Positions 28,569-39,093 of a DNA stretch of 64,000 nucleotides are shown in pieces. The position numbers and the translations under genes are program-made. Each line of letters begins with the position of its first letter. Within the stretch, counting starts at the first letter, position 1. The notes under the pieces are model-generated. The model was not told the DNA's origin and did no database searches. It was given only the letters and a program-made list of their open reading frames with translations. Origin of the DNA: Bacilli bacterium (lineage in GTDB: Bacteria > Bacillota_I > Bacilli_A > RF39 > UBA660); assembly GCA_022795155.1 (NCBI GenBank), contig JAAWGF010000002.1, positions 17,096 through 81,095 of the forward strand. Reading direction: 5' to 3'.

Positions 28569-29024
28569 ATGAATGATGATATGATATATATGGATTTAGC
28601 ATTAAAAGAAGCAAAGAAATCATTGAAATTCGATGATGTTCCAATTGGTGCAATTGTGGTGAAAAACAATAGAATCATCTCAAAAGCACATAATATGAAG
28701 GAAAGATTATCAATATCTACAAGGCATGCTGAAATGATAGCTATTGAAAAAGCATGTAAAAAACTAAATAGTTGGTATCTTAGTGATTGTACATTATATG
28801 TGACTGTTGAACCATGTTTGATGTGTTGCGGTGCAATTATACAATCTAGAATAAAAAGAGTTGTATATGCTACTAAAAATGAAAAATTTGGGTATGTTGA
28901 AAGTATAGAAAAAATATTTCAAAATAAAAAAAACAATCATTCTGTTTTAGTAGAGAAAGGTGTATATGAAAAAGAAGCAAAAGAATTGATTCAAAAATTT
29001 TTTCAAAAAAAGCGTAATAATTAG
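28569..29024 (+). CDS. tadA: tRNA-specific adenosine deaminase
   Basis: Deaminase zinc motifs RHAEMIAI and EPCLMCCGAI. Start set to ATG 28569 (AGGTGA upstream); the track start at 28545 would lie inside the SRP RNA. Confidence 0.9.
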   Translation: MNDDMIYMDLALKEAKKSLKFDDVPIGAIVVKNNRIISKAHNMKERLSISTRHAEMIAIEKACKKLNSWYLSDCTLYVTVEPCLMCCGAIIQSRIKRVVYATKNEKFGYVESIEKIFQNKKNNHSVLVEKGVYEKEAKELIQKFFQKKRNN

Positions 29025-29035
29025 GAGGTAATATT

Positions 29036-30682
29036 ATGTATCAAGCTTTATATAGAAAATATCGACCAAAAAATTTTGACGAAGTGATAGGACAAGAGGT
29101 TATTGTTAAAACTTTAAAAAATACTATAGAAAAAAACAAAATAAGTCATGCATATTTGTTTACTGGTCCAAGAGGTACAGGAAAAACTAGTGCTGCCAAA
29201 ATCTTTGCTAAAACTATTAATTGTCAACAATTAATTAATAATATACCGTGTGAGAATTGTGATTGTTGCAAACAATTTAATAATCAACAAAATATCGATA
29301 TAATTGAAATCGATGCAGCTTCCAACAATGGTGTTGATGAAATAAGAGAATTAAAGAATAAAGTTAATTTAGTTCCATCTATAAGTAAATATAAGGTTTA
29401 TATTATAGATGAGGTTCATATGCTTAGTACAAGTGCTTTTAATGCTTTATTAAAAACATTGGAAGAGCCTCCTAGTCATGTAATTTTTATTTTGGCCACA
29501 ACCGATCCACATAAAGTTTTACCAACTATTTTATCTAGATGCCAAAGATTCGATTTTAAAAAAGTTAGTGAAAATAAAATATATGAGAGATTAAAATATA
29601 TATCTGAACAAGAAAATATAGAGATTGAACAATCGGCTTTAAAAGAAATTTCTAGATTAGCTAATGGTGGCCTTAGGGATGCCTTAAGTATATTAGATCA
29701 AGTAATAGCGTATTCTGATTCAAAAATAACTGAAGATGAAGTTCATGAAGTAAACGGCACGATAACTCAAGAACATTTGAAGCAAATTGTTTTATCTTTA
29801 ACAAATAATTCTTTATTAGAAATCTTTTCTATAATAGACAATTATGATAATAATGGTAAGAATTTTCTGAAATTAACAGAAGAATTGATTCTGTTTTATA
29901 AGAATATTTTATTGATAAAAAAAATCCCTAATTATTTAGAAAATAACAATTTATATAAAGATTTTGTTGATTTGTATGAAGAAGAAAAATTATTACAAAT
30001 TTTAAATGAACTAAATAGTACGTTAAATAATATTAAAAACAACAATAATTCTAGATTAGTATTTGAATTAACTATTATTAAGATATTAAATATTAATAAA
30101 AATGAATTAAACCCAATAAATAGTGATAATAGAGTAGAAAATAAGAATATCCTTATAAAGGAAGATATAAAAAAAACAGAAAAAAAAGATGACTTAAATA
30201 TAGATACAAATCAAGAAGCAAAATTAAAAGAATTACAAGATATTAGAATAAATAATACATTATCTAAATTAAATAAAAAGGAAATTATTAATTTTCGAGA
30301 AAAATGTAAAGGTTTAAATACAAAACTTTTAGATCCTGATTGTGGCGAATTTGTTTCAATGATACTTGATGGGGAGTTGAAAGCAGCGAGTGATGAATAT
30401 CTAGTTTTTGTATTTAAGACACAAAATATTACAAAAATATTTAATTTATCTATAGTTAAAATAGAAAAATTTTTAAATAGTGAGTTTAATACTAATTATA
30501 AAATAATAGGTGTTGAACAACAACAATGGAATTTGATTAAAGAAGAATTTAATAATAAAACAAAAAAATTTGAATATAAAGAAGAAAAAATTGATTTATT
30601 AGAAATATTTCCAAATAATGAAAATAAAAATTTAGATTCAAGTATTGATTCTATGTTTAAAAATATAGTAGAATATAATTAG
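29036..30682 (+). CDS. dnaX: DNA polymerase III subunits gamma/tau
   Basis: FDEVIGQE, Walker A GPRGTGKTS, zinc module CENCDCC, DEVHMLS, SRCQRFDF. Confidence 0.95.
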   Translation: MYQALYRKYRPKNFDEVIGQEVIVKTLKNTIEKNKISHAYLFTGPRGTGKTSAAKIFAKTINCQQLINNIPCENCDCCKQFNNQQNIDIIEIDAASNNGVDEIRELKNKVNLVPSISKYKVYIIDEVHMLSTSAFNALLKTLEEPPSHVIFILATTDPHKVLPTILSRCQRFDFKKVSENKIYERLKYISEQENIEIEQSALKEISRLANGGLRDALSILDQVIAYSDSKITEDEVHEVNGTITQEHLKQIVLSLTNNSLLEIFSIIDNYDNNGKNFLKLTEELILFYKNILLIKKIPNYLENNNLYKDFVDLYEEEKLLQILNELNSTLNNIKNNNNSRLVFELTIIKILNINKNELNPINSDNRVENKNILIKEDIKKTEKKDDLNIDTNQEAKLKELQDIRINNTLSKLNKKEIINFREKCKGLNTKLLDPDCGEFVSMILDGELKAASDEYLVFVFKTQNITKIFNLSIVKIEKFLNSEFNTNYKIIGVEQQQWNLIKEEFNNKTKKFEYKEEKIDLLEIFPNNENKNLDSSIDSMFKNIVEYN

Positions 30683-30697
30683 AAAGAAGGAATAATA

Positions 30698-30994
30698 ATG
30701 AATATACAAGCAATGATGAAACAGGCTCAAAAAATGCAAAAAGATATGTTATCAGCTAAAGATGAAATTGATAAGATGATATTTGAAGGAAAATCTTCAT
30801 TTGTAAGTGTTCAAGTTAATGGGAAAAAAGAATTAATAAATATTAAAATTGAAAATGAAAGCTTTGATAAAGATGATATAGAAATGTTGCAAGATATGAT
30901 TGTGGTAGCCATTAATGAAGCTATGAAAAAAGTTGATGAAGAAACAGAACAGAAAATGGGTAAATTTACTCAAGGAATGCCAGGGCTATTTTAA
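30698..30994 (+). CDS. ybaB: nucleoid-associated protein YbaB/EbfC
   Basis: MMKQAQKMQKDM start, ~98 aa, in the conserved dnaX-ybaB-recR position. Confidence 0.9.
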   Translation: MNIQAMMKQAQKMQKDMLSAKDEIDKMIFEGKSSFVSVQVNGKKELINIKIENESFDKDDIEMLQDMIVVAINEAMKKVDEETEQKMGKFTQGMPGLF

Positions 30995-30996
30995 TT

Positions 30997-31599
30997 ATGT
31001 ATCCACAAACAATAAAAAATTTGATTGAGTGTTTTAAAAAACTATCTGGAATAGGTGAAAAAACAGCTGAAAGATTATCTCTTTCGGTTTTAAATTTAGA
31101 TGATGAAGTTGTTAAAGTTTTTGAACAATCATTAAAAGATATAAAAACTAAAATACATCATTGTAAAATATGTAATAATCTATCTGAAGATGAATTGTGT
31201 ACAATATGTTCTGATAGTTTGCGTGATAAGAAAACAATTTGTGTTGTAGAAAATATTAAGAATATAATAGCAATTGAAAAAACTAACTGTTATCATGGTG
31301 TTTATCATGTTTTAAATGGTTTGATTTCTCCTTTAGAAGGGCGAACAGCTGATGATATAAATTTAGGCTCTTTATTTAATAGAGTTGAAAATGATGATAT
31401 AAACGAAATCATTCTAGCTATTACATCTAGTGTAGAGGGTGAAACAACAGCACTATATATATCAAAGAAATTAGATAATAAAAATATTAAAATATCAAAA
31501 ATTGCTCATGGAGTTCCAATTGGAGCCGATATGGAATATATAGATGGGTTAACATTAGAAATGGCTTTAGAAAACAGAAATTATTTGAATGACAAGTAA
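30997..31599 (+). CDS. recR: recombination protein RecR
   Basis: HhH (LSGIGEKTAERL), C4 zinc finger (CKICNNLSEDELCTIC), and a Toprim region. Confidence 0.95.
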   Translation: MYPQTIKNLIECFKKLSGIGEKTAERLSLSVLNLDDEVVKVFEQSLKDIKTKIHHCKICNNLSEDELCTICSDSLRDKKTICVVENIKNIIAIEKTNCYHGVYHVLNGLISPLEGRTADDINLGSLFNRVENDDINEIILAITSSVEGETTALYISKKLDNKNIKISKIAHGVPIGADMEYIDGLTLEMALENRNYLNDK

Positions 31600-31639
31600 T
31601 AATGTATAGTTTATCTCATATGATAATTTGAGGTGGACA

Positions 31640-31828
31640 ATGCTAAAAAAAATATTCAAATTTATAAAAAAAATTATTTTAAGTATTTTTGTATTGTATG
31701 GGTATAATTTAATTAGTCAATCTTTAGGGATAATTATACCTATAAACTTTTATACAGTTTTATTACTTAGTATATTAGGTATTCCAGCTTTATTTGCCTT
31801 AATTTTTATATTGGTGGTAGTTTTTTAG
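31640..31828 (+). CDS. bofA: BofA-family membrane protein (pro-sigma-K processing inhibitor-like)
   Basis: IPINFYT...LGIPALFALI resembles the BofA IPIN/LGIPG signature. Two TM helices. It holds the same post-recR position as bofA in B. subtilis. Confidence 0.6.
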   Translation: MLKKIFKFIKKIILSIFVLYGYNLISQSLGIIIPINFYTVLLLSILGIPALFALIFILVVVF

Positions 31829-31840
31829 AGAAGGTGACGT

Positions 31841-32794
31841 ATGCTTGATGATTATTTATTGGAGCAGCCTATAGCAGTAAAAACATTAAAAAATTCTATA
31901 ATAAAAAATAAATTAGCTCATGCTTACTTGTTTGAGACAAATGGTTATGATAAAATAGAAATGTTTATTTCGGCTTTTATAAAATCATTATTGTGTCCAA
32001 ACAACTTTTTTGAATCTTCTAATTGTTCAAAATGCTCTATTTGCCAAATGATTAAAGATAATTGTTATCCTGAAATAAAAATTATTAATCCTGATGGTAT
32101 GTGGATAAAAAAAGAGCAATTAGATAATTTACAACAAGAGTTTAGTAAAAAAGCAATTATAGGAAATAAAAAAATATACATTATAAACGAAGCTGAAAAA
32201 ATGAATGTATCGGCAGCTAATTCAATATTAAAATTTTTGGAAGAGCCATCACCTAATATTATAGCTATTTTGGTTACTAATAATATATATCAATTATTAG
32301 ACACAATTATTTCTCGTTGCCAAGTTATATCCTTTAGAAAAAAATCTGGTAATTATAATTCAGAATTGGAAGCAATTTCTAATTATAGTTTTCATGATAA
32401 TTTAAAAAAAGAAGAATTTGTTAATGATTCTAATAATTTAGATTTAGTTAATGCGGTAAAAAAATTTATTGATTATTATGAAGTGAATCATTTCGATACT
32501 TTGTTATATACACAAAAACTTTGGTTTAATTATTTCCCAGATAAAGAAAAAAACATTTTGGCTTATGATATAATGATATTATATTATCGTGATATTTTAA
32601 ATATAAAAATTGGTCATGAAATATTAATTTTTAAGAATAATGTGGATGAATTATTAAAAATAGCTAATAAAAATACAAATTATGATATTGTAAAAAAAGT
32701 ATCTAAAATATTAAATTGCAAACAAAAAATTAGGAATAATATTAATTTAAATTTATTAATGGATAATTTAATTATTGATTTAGAAAGCAGGTGA
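31841..32794 (+). CDS. holB: DNA polymerase III delta-prime subunit
   Basis: LAHAYLFE, a Cys-rich zinc module (CPNN...CSKCSICQ), LKFLEEP, and ISRCQVISF. Confidence 0.85.
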   Translation: MLDDYLLEQPIAVKTLKNSIIKNKLAHAYLFETNGYDKIEMFISAFIKSLLCPNNFFESSNCSKCSICQMIKDNCYPEIKIINPDGMWIKKEQLDNLQQEFSKKAIIGNKKIYIINEAEKMNVSAANSILKFLEEPSPNIIAILVTNNIYQLLDTIISRCQVISFRKKSGNYNSELEAISNYSFHDNLKKEEFVNDSNNLDLVNAVKKFIDYYEVNHFDTLLYTQKLWFNYFPDKEKNILAYDIMILYYRDILNIKIGHEILIFKNNVDELLKIANKNTNYDIVKKVSKILNCKQKIRNNINLNLLMDNLIIDLESR

Positions 32795-32798
32795 AAAA

Positions 32799-33584
32799 AT
32801 GATTAATGTGGTTGGTATAACTTTTAGAGATAATGGAAAAGTGTACTATTTTTTACCTGGTAAAATTAATTTAAAAAAGAATATAACTGTTATAGTTCAA
32901 ACAGATCGTGGATTACAATTTGGAAAAGTCGTTACAGATATAATTCAAATTGATGAAAGCAAGATGAGTTCACCATTAAAGCAGGTTGTACGTATTGCTT
33001 CTAAAAATGACTATTATAATAATTTAAAAAATATAAAAGATGCTAAAGAGGCTTTAAATAAATGTAAAGGCATTGTTGAAAAAGAAAAACTGCCTATGCA
33101 AATAATTGATGCAGAATTTACATTAGATCGTAGTCAATTAGTTTTTAAATTTATTTCTGATAATAGAATAGATTTTAGATTATTAGTAAAGCAATTGGCT
33201 AGTATTTATAAAACGCGAATTGAATTAAGACAAGTTGGAGTTCGTGATAAGGCTAAAGAAGTTGGCGGAATTGGTGTTTGTGGTTGTAAACTATGTTGTG
33301 CTAGATTTTTACATGATTTAGAATCTGTTTCAATCAATATGGCAAAAAATCAAAACATTGCCTTAAATCCCAATAAAATAAATGGTGTTTGTGGAAGACT
33401 TTTATGTTGTTTAAAGTATGAAGATGAATGTTACCGTGATTGCCGAAATTGTTTGCCAAAAATTGGGGATAAAGTTAAGACAGATAAAGGCATGGGACAA
33501 GTTATTAGTTTAGATATCTTAGAAAAATCTTATAAAGTCGATGTTGAAAATGTTGGTATAATAGAAATTAATAAAGAATGTTAA
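32799..33584 (+). CDS. ricT: PSP1-domain protein RicT/YaaT
   Basis: Strong PSP1/YaaT pattern (VVGITFRDNGKVYYF, RIELRQVG, CGRLLCCLKYE). It lies directly after holB, as in Bacillus. Confidence 0.85.
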   Translation: MINVVGITFRDNGKVYYFLPGKINLKKNITVIVQTDRGLQFGKVVTDIIQIDESKMSSPLKQVVRIASKNDYYNNLKNIKDAKEALNKCKGIVEKEKLPMQIIDAEFTLDRSQLVFKFISDNRIDFRLLVKQLASIYKTRIELRQVGVRDKAKEVGGIGVCGCKLCCARFLHDLESVSINMAKNQNIALNPNKINGVCGRLLCCLKYEDECYRDCRNCLPKIGDKVKTDKGMGQVISLDILEKSYKVDVENVGIIEINKEC

Positions 33585-33585
33585 A

Positions 33586-34305
33586 ATGGAAAAATATAAT
33601 TATTTGCTTGGATATAAAAATTTACGAGTTTATCAAGATTCTGAGATGTTTAATTTTTCAATAGATTCAATAATATTACCAAATTTTGTAACTTTAAATA
33701 AAGGTGTAAAAAAAATTTTGGATATAGGTTGTGGTAATTTACCTATATCTTTAATATTAACAACCAAGACTTCTGCCAAGATAACTGCTGTAGAAATTCA
33801 AAAAGATGTCTATGATTTAGCGCATAAAAATTTACAATTAAATAAATTAGAAGACAGAATTGAATTAATAAATGATGATATATGTAATTTATATAAAAAT
33901 ATACCAACAGAAACTTTTGATGTTATTGTTTGCAATCCTCCTTTTTTTAAAGTTTCTTCTAATTCTCATTTGAACAAAAATGATTATAAAACGATTGCTA
34001 GACATGAAATTGCTTTGAATTTAGATAATATTTTTAGTATTTCTAAAAAATTATTAAAAAATAATGGAACAATTGCTATTGTTCATCGCCCTGAACGATT
34101 GATTGAAATTATCGATACTATGCATAAATATAATATAACACCAAAAAGGATTCAATTAGTTTATCCTAAAAAAGATAAGGATGCTAATATTTTATTAATT
34201 GAAGGAACAAAGAATGGTAATTCGGGAATGAAAATTATGCCACCATTATTTGTTCACAATTCTGATGGTAGTTATACAGAAAATATAAAAAAATACTTTG
34301 AATGA
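33586..34305 (+). CDS. SAM-dependent methyltransferase, YabB/TrmN6-like
   Basis: SAM motif ILDIGCGN and the N6-adenine-type motif VCNPPFF. It holds the syntenic position of B. subtilis yabB. Confidence 0.75.
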   Translation: MEKYNYLLGYKNLRVYQDSEMFNFSIDSIILPNFVTLNKGVKKILDIGCGNLPISLILTTKTSAKITAVEIQKDVYDLAHKNLQLNKLEDRIELINDDICNLYKNIPTETFDVIVCNPPFFKVSSNSHLNKNDYKTIARHEIALNLDNIFSISKKLLKNNGTIAIVHRPERLIEIIDTMHKYNITPKRIQLVYPKKDKDANILLIEGTKNGNSGMKIMPPLFVHNSDGSYTENIKKYFE

Positions 34306-34313
34306 GGTGTAAT

Positions 34314-35153
34314 ATGTCACAAAGAAGTTATAATGGAATGGCAACATTATATTTAATTCCAACGCCTATTGGAAATATGGATGATATTACAATAAGAGCC
34401 ATAAATATAATTAATTCAGTTGAAGTAATTTTTGCTGAAGATACAAGAGTTACATCGTTATTACTTAAACATTTAAATATAAAAAAGAAACTAATTTCAA
34501 GTTTTAATTATAATGAACAATTAAATAAAGAAAAATTGTTGGAATATTTAAAAGGCGGCTTTAATGTTGGATTAGTTAGTGATAGAGGGACGCCGATTAT
34601 TAGTGATCCTGGATATGAACTAGCTAAGTGTGCAATTGAAAATAATTATAATGTTGTTGGTTTGCCTGGACCAACTGCGCTAATACCAGCTTTAATCACA
34701 TCAGGAATTAGACCATTGCCATTTTTATTTTATGGATTTTTGAATAACAAATCTACAAAAAGAAAGCAAGAATTAGAGATATTAAAGAGTGAAAAAGCTA
34801 CATTAATTTTTTATGAGGCTCCTCATCGAATTATTGATACGTTAGATGAAATGAAGAATATTTTTGGTAATCGAAATATTGCTATTTCCCGGGAAATAAG
34901 CAAAAAATTTGAGGAGGTATATAGGGGTACACTTGATACAATAACTTGTCAGTTAGTTGATATAAAAGGTGAATTTGTTATAGTGGTTGAGGGAAATAAA
35001 CAAGAGAATACCTACAATAATTTGACAATTACTGAACACGTCAATCTTTATATAAGAGAAGGTAAAGATTCTAAAGAGGCTATTAAAATAGTGGCAAAAG
35101 AACGTAATCTAAAAAAACAAGATGTATATAATGAGTACCATGGAATAAAGTAG
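34314..35153 (+). CDS. rsmI: 16S rRNA (cytidine1402-2'-O)-methyltransferase
   Basis: LYLIPTPIGN, FAEDTR, DRGTPIISDPG and YEAPHR are RsmI/tetrapyrrole-methylase-fold motifs. Start set to ATG 34314 (GAGGTG upstream). Confidence 0.9.
   Translation: MSQRSYNGMATLYLIPTPIGNMDDITIRAINIINSVEVIFAEDTRVTSLLLKHLNIKKKLISSFNYNEQLNKEKLLEYLKGGFNVGLVSDRGTPIISDPGYELAKCAIENNYNVVGLPGPTALIPALITSGIRPLPFLFYGFLNNKSTKRKQELEILKSEKATLIFYEAPHRIIDTLDEMKNIFGNRNIAISREISKKFEEVYRGTLDTITCQLVDIKGEFVIVVEGNKQENTYNNLTITEHVNLYIREGKDSKEAIKIVAKERNLKKQDVYNEYHGIK
34884..34897. promoter_or_regulatory. Noc-binding-site (NBS) consensus palindrome
   Basis: Exact ATTTCCCGGGAAAT within the 16-bp perfect palindrome TATTTCCCGGGAAATA (34883-34898), inside rsmI. 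Confidence 0.6.
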
Positions 35154-35162
35154 GTGATTATT

Positions 35163-35723
35163 TTGAAATTAATTGTTGGTTTGGGGAATCCAGGCAAGGA
35201 ATATGTTAATACTAGACATAATGTTGGGTTTATGATAATTGATAATTATTGTAGTAAAAAAAATATATTAATTAATAACGATAAATTTATGGGCTTATAT
35301 GCTCAAACTGTAATTAAAAATGAAAAAGTGATTTTTTTAAAACCTCAAAAATATATGAATTTATCAGGAGAAGTAGTTCGTGATTATGTGAACTATTTCA
35401 AGATAAATATTGATGACATTTTAGTTATAAATGATGATTTAGATATACAAGTAGGAAAATTTAAATTAAAATCTAAAGGTTCTTCAGGTGGGCATAATGG
35501 GTTAAAAAATATTGGAGAACAATTAGGAAATTATAATTTTAAAAGATTAAAAATTGGTATTTCTAATAATAAACTGATTGACACTAAAAACTATGTTTTG
35601 GGGAGATTCAGTCAAGATGAGCAGGAGACAATAAATAAACTGATCGATTTAAGTGTAAATATTATAGATGATTTTCTTACTACCAATTTTGATTTATTGA
35701 TGACAAAATATAATAATAATTGA
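35163..35723 (+). CDS. pth: peptidyl-tRNA hydrolase
   Basis: From TTG 35163 (AGGTGA 5 nt upstream) the protein begins MKLIVGLGNPGKEY. GGHNGLKN is also present. Confidence 0.92.
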   Translation: MKLIVGLGNPGKEYVNTRHNVGFMIIDNYCSKKNILINNDKFMGLYAQTVIKNEKVIFLKPQKYMNLSGEVVRDYVNYFKINIDDILVINDDLDIQVGKFKLKSKGSSGGHNGLKNIGEQLGNYNFKRLKIGISNNKLIDTKNYVLGRFSQDEQETINKLIDLSVNIIDDFLTTNFDLLMTKYNNN

Positions 35724-35763
35724 TACCATGAGGTATCTTTTTAGCGTTTGGGAGCGTGATAAT

Positions 35764-38700
35764 ATGAATTTTTTTGATAGTTTATTTTCTATTGATGATA
35801 GTAAAGTTATATTGGGGCTAAATGATGAATTAAAATCTATTTATGTTTATAATTATTTTCTAACAAATAAGACATCGATTATAGTCGTTACTAATACTTT
35901 ATACGAAGCCAATAATTTTTACAAGTCATTAATAAATTATACAAATGATGTATTGTTTTTTCCAATGGATGATTTTTTAACTAGTGAGGCATTAGCTATT
36001 TCACCAGAGTTAGAAATCACTAGATTAGAAACAATTAATAAATCATTTTCAAATAATAATAAAATAGTAATAACTAATTTAATGGGTTATTTAAGATTTT
36101 TACCATTAAAAGATAATTATCAAAAAAATATAATTAGTTTAAATAAAAACCAAGAATATAATATAAAAAAGCTAGAAAGTGATTTATATAATATTGGATA
36201 TAATACTGAAAGTTTTGTTAATAAAACTGGTGAGTATGCACCACGAGGTTTTGTTCTAGATGTTTTTCCAATAGGTTTTGAGAATCCAATTAGAATTGAG
36301 TTTTGGGGAGATACGATTGATAGTATTAAATCATTCAATATCGATACACAATTAACGAAAGAGAGTATTGATAATATCCAAATTTTACCTAATACTGAGT
36401 TTATCTCAAATACAGAGGTAGTAGAAGAGGAGCGAAAACAAAAAAATTTAATTAAATATTCAAAAGTTACAAATATAAGTAATTATTTTAATAATCCTAA
36501 ATTTGTTTATATTGATTATAATAATATAAAATTAGGTTATAAAAATTTGCTAGAAGATATTTTAAATTTTAATCAGGAGAAAAATTTACCTAATGATACT
36601 AAATATATGTTTGAATTAGAAAATTTAGATAATGAAACTAGCTTATATTTATCAAGTTTTGATGACATGCCTGCTGATAATTTAAAGGTTAAAAAGTATA
36701 TTTCTGGCAATATAGAAAGTTTTGAAATATCAATTGATAAAATTAATAATAAATTATCAAGGTTTATAAAAAATAATAAGACAATTATTATCTGTCTAAA
36801 AGATAAGTATACGGTCAATAAAGTAATGGATGAATTAAAAAATAATAATTTCATTTTTACTAATTTGGAAAATATTTATCAAAATAAAATAAACTTAGTA
36901 GTAAAAAATATTAATCATGGGTTTGAGTTTAATAATTACATAGTTATTAGTGAATCGGAATTTTTTAATAAAAAAAGTAATAATGTCTTATATAAATCAA
37001 ATTTTAAATATGGAATAAGAATTAAAGATATTACTAAATTAAATGTTGGTGATTATGTTGTCCATATTAGTTATGGGATAGGACAATATAAAGGACTTAA
37101 AACTCTAAGTAAAAATGGTTTGATGAAAGACTATTTAATGGTTGAATATGCAAACAGTGATAAGCTATATATTCCTGTTGAAAAGATAGAATTGATAACT
37201 AAATATTCGGCTAATGATGGATTAGTTCCTAAGATTAATAAATTAGGTGGGACAGAGTGGGCTAAAACAAAAGCTAGGCTTAAGAAAAAAATTGAAGATA
37301 TTACGCAAGATTTATTAAAGTTGTATGCTGAAAGAAAAAGAACTAAAGGTTTTGCATTTTTAAAAGATACAGAAGAACAAGCGATTTTTGAAGCAGCATT
37401 TCCTTTTGAAGAAACAAAAGATCAATTACGGGCTATAACTGAAATCAAAAAAGATATGGAAAGTGAAAATCCAATGGATCGGTTATTATGTGGTGATGTT
37501 GGCTTTGGTAAAACGGAGGTGGCATTTAGAGCAATTTATAAAGCCATTTTGTCGGGCAAACAAGTAGCATTTTTATGTCCAACAACAATTTTATCCAATC
37601 AACATTTTAATAATGCAGTTGACAGGTTTAAAGATACAGGGGTCAATATTGAGGTGTTAAATCGTTTTGTTTCTTCAACTAAAGTAAAAATTATTTTGGA
37701 TCGTTTAAAAAAAGGTAATGTTGATTTATTAATAGGTACACATCGAATTTTAAGTAAGGATATTATTTTTAAAAATATTGGTTTATTAGTAGTTGATGAG
37801 GAACAACGTTTTGGAGTAAAACATAAAGAAAAAATAAAAGAATATAAAAATAATATTGATGTCTTGACGCTTTCGGCAACACCAATTCCTAGAACTTTAC
37901 AAATGTCAATAGCTGGGTTACGTGGTTTAAGTTTAATTGAAACTCCTCCTGTTAATAGATATCCAGTTCAAACATATGTGTTAAGTGAGAGTAAACAGAT
38001 TATTAAGGAAGCTGTTTATAGGGAATTAGCTAGAAATGGGCAAACTTTTATTTTATATAATCATGTAGATTCAATGGAAAGCAAAAAAAGAGAATTAGAA
38101 AATATTATTCCTGATGCTAGAATTGGTATTATTCATGGTCAAATGACAAAAATTCAGATTGAAAACATTATGGCTAAATTTTTGGAATTGGAATTTGATG
38201 TTTTACTTTGCACAACTATTATTGAAACTGGAATTGATATTCCAACTGTTAATACTTTAATTATAATGGATGCTGACCACTTTGGTTTATCACAACTTTA
38301 TCAAATAAGAGGACGTGTTGGTCGTAGTGATAAGATAGCCTATTGCTATTTAATGTATAATCAAAATAAAATTTTATCGGAAATTGCAATAAAAAGATTA
38401 GATGTAATAAAGCAATTTACAGAACTTGGAAGTGGATTTAATATTGCCATGCGTGATTTATCAATTAGAGGGGCTGGTGATATTTTAGGTAGCGAGCAAG
38501 CAGGATTTATTGATGCAGTTGGAATTGAGTTATTTTTAAATATGTTGAATGAAGAGGTTAATCGATTAAATGGTAATGTACAAGAAGAATCAGATATTAA
38601 AGATATCCCTTTATTAGATGTTGAAACAGCTATTGATGATAAATATATAAGTGATAATGAAATAAAGATTTCTATTCACAAAAAAATAAATCAAATTGAT

Positions 38701-39066
38701 TCATTTGAAAGTTTAGAAGAAATTAAATTTGAACTTGAAGATCGATTTGGGAAATTATCTGAAAATATGATTATTTATATGTATGAAGAATTATTTGAGA
38801 AGATGGCAAGAAAAGTTCAAATATATAAAGTAGAACAAAGTAAGAATTTTGTTAAATTAATTTTTAATGAAGATTTTACGAATAAAATTAAAATTGAAAA
38901 TTTATTTATTGAAACAAGTAAAATATTACGTATGTTTAGATTTAGTATGCTTGGCAAAAGATTAGTAATTATTTTAGATACTGTCTATTTGGATAAACAT
39001 TTTGTATATTATTTAGTAGATTTAATGCAATTAATTATAAAAAAATATTGTAATCTATTATCTTGA
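35764..39066 (+). CDS. mfd: transcription-repair coupling factor
   Basis: CarD/RID region GDYVVHISYGIGQY, helicase motifs GDVGFGKTEVA, VDEEQRFGV and QLYQIRGRVGRS, and a TRCF C-terminal domain. Start set to ATG 35764. Confidence 0.95.
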   Translation: MNFFDSLFSIDDSKVILGLNDELKSIYVYNYFLTNKTSIIVVTNTLYEANNFYKSLINYTNDVLFFPMDDFLTSEALAISPELEITRLETINKSFSNNNKIVITNLMGYLRFLPLKDNYQKNIISLNKNQEYNIKKLESDLYNIGYNTESFVNKTGEYAPRGFVLDVFPIGFENPIRIEFWGDTIDSIKSFNIDTQLTKESIDNIQILPNTEFISNTEVVEEERKQKNLIKYSKVTNISNYFNNPKFVYIDYNNIKLGYKNLLEDILNFNQEKNLPNDTKYMFELENLDNETSLYLSSFDDMPADNLKVKKYISGNIESFEISIDKINNKLSRFIKNNKTIIICLKDKYTVNKVMDELKNNNFIFTNLENIYQNKINLVVKNINHGFEFNNYIVISESEFFNKKSNNVLYKSNFKYGIRIKDITKLNVGDYVVHISYGIGQYKGLKTLSKNGLMKDYLMVEYANSDKLYIPVEKIELITKYSANDGLVPKINKLGGTEWAKTKARLKKKIEDITQDLLKLYAERKRTKGFAFLKDTEEQAIFEAAFPFEETKDQLRAITEIKKDMESENPMDRLLCGDVGFGKTEVAFRAIYKAILSGKQVAFLCPTTILSNQHFNNAVDRFKDTGVNIEVLNRFVSSTKVKIILDRLKKGNVDLLIGTHRILSKDIIFKNIGLLVVDEEQRFGVKHKEKIKEYKNNIDVLTLSATPIPRTLQMSIAGLRGLSLIETPPVNRYPVQTYVLSESKQIIKEAVYRELARNGQTFILYNHVDSMESKKRELENIIPDARIGIIHGQMTKIQIENIMAKFLELEFDVLLCTTIIETGIDIPTVNTLIIMDADHFGLSQLYQIRGRVGRSDKIAYCYLMYNQNKILSEIAIKRLDVIKQFTELGSGFNIAMRDLSIRGAGDILGSEQAGFIDAVGIELFLNMLNEEVNRLNGNVQEESDIKDIPLLDVETAIDDKYISDNEIKISIHKKINQIDSFESLEEIKFELEDRFGKLSENMIIYMYEELFEKMARKVQIYKVEQSKNFVKLIFNEDFTNKIKIENLFIETSKILRMFRFSMLGKRLVIILDTVYLDKHFVYYLVDLMQLIIKKYCNLLS

Positions 39067-39093
39067 TTATTATAATTATATATGGTGATTGGA

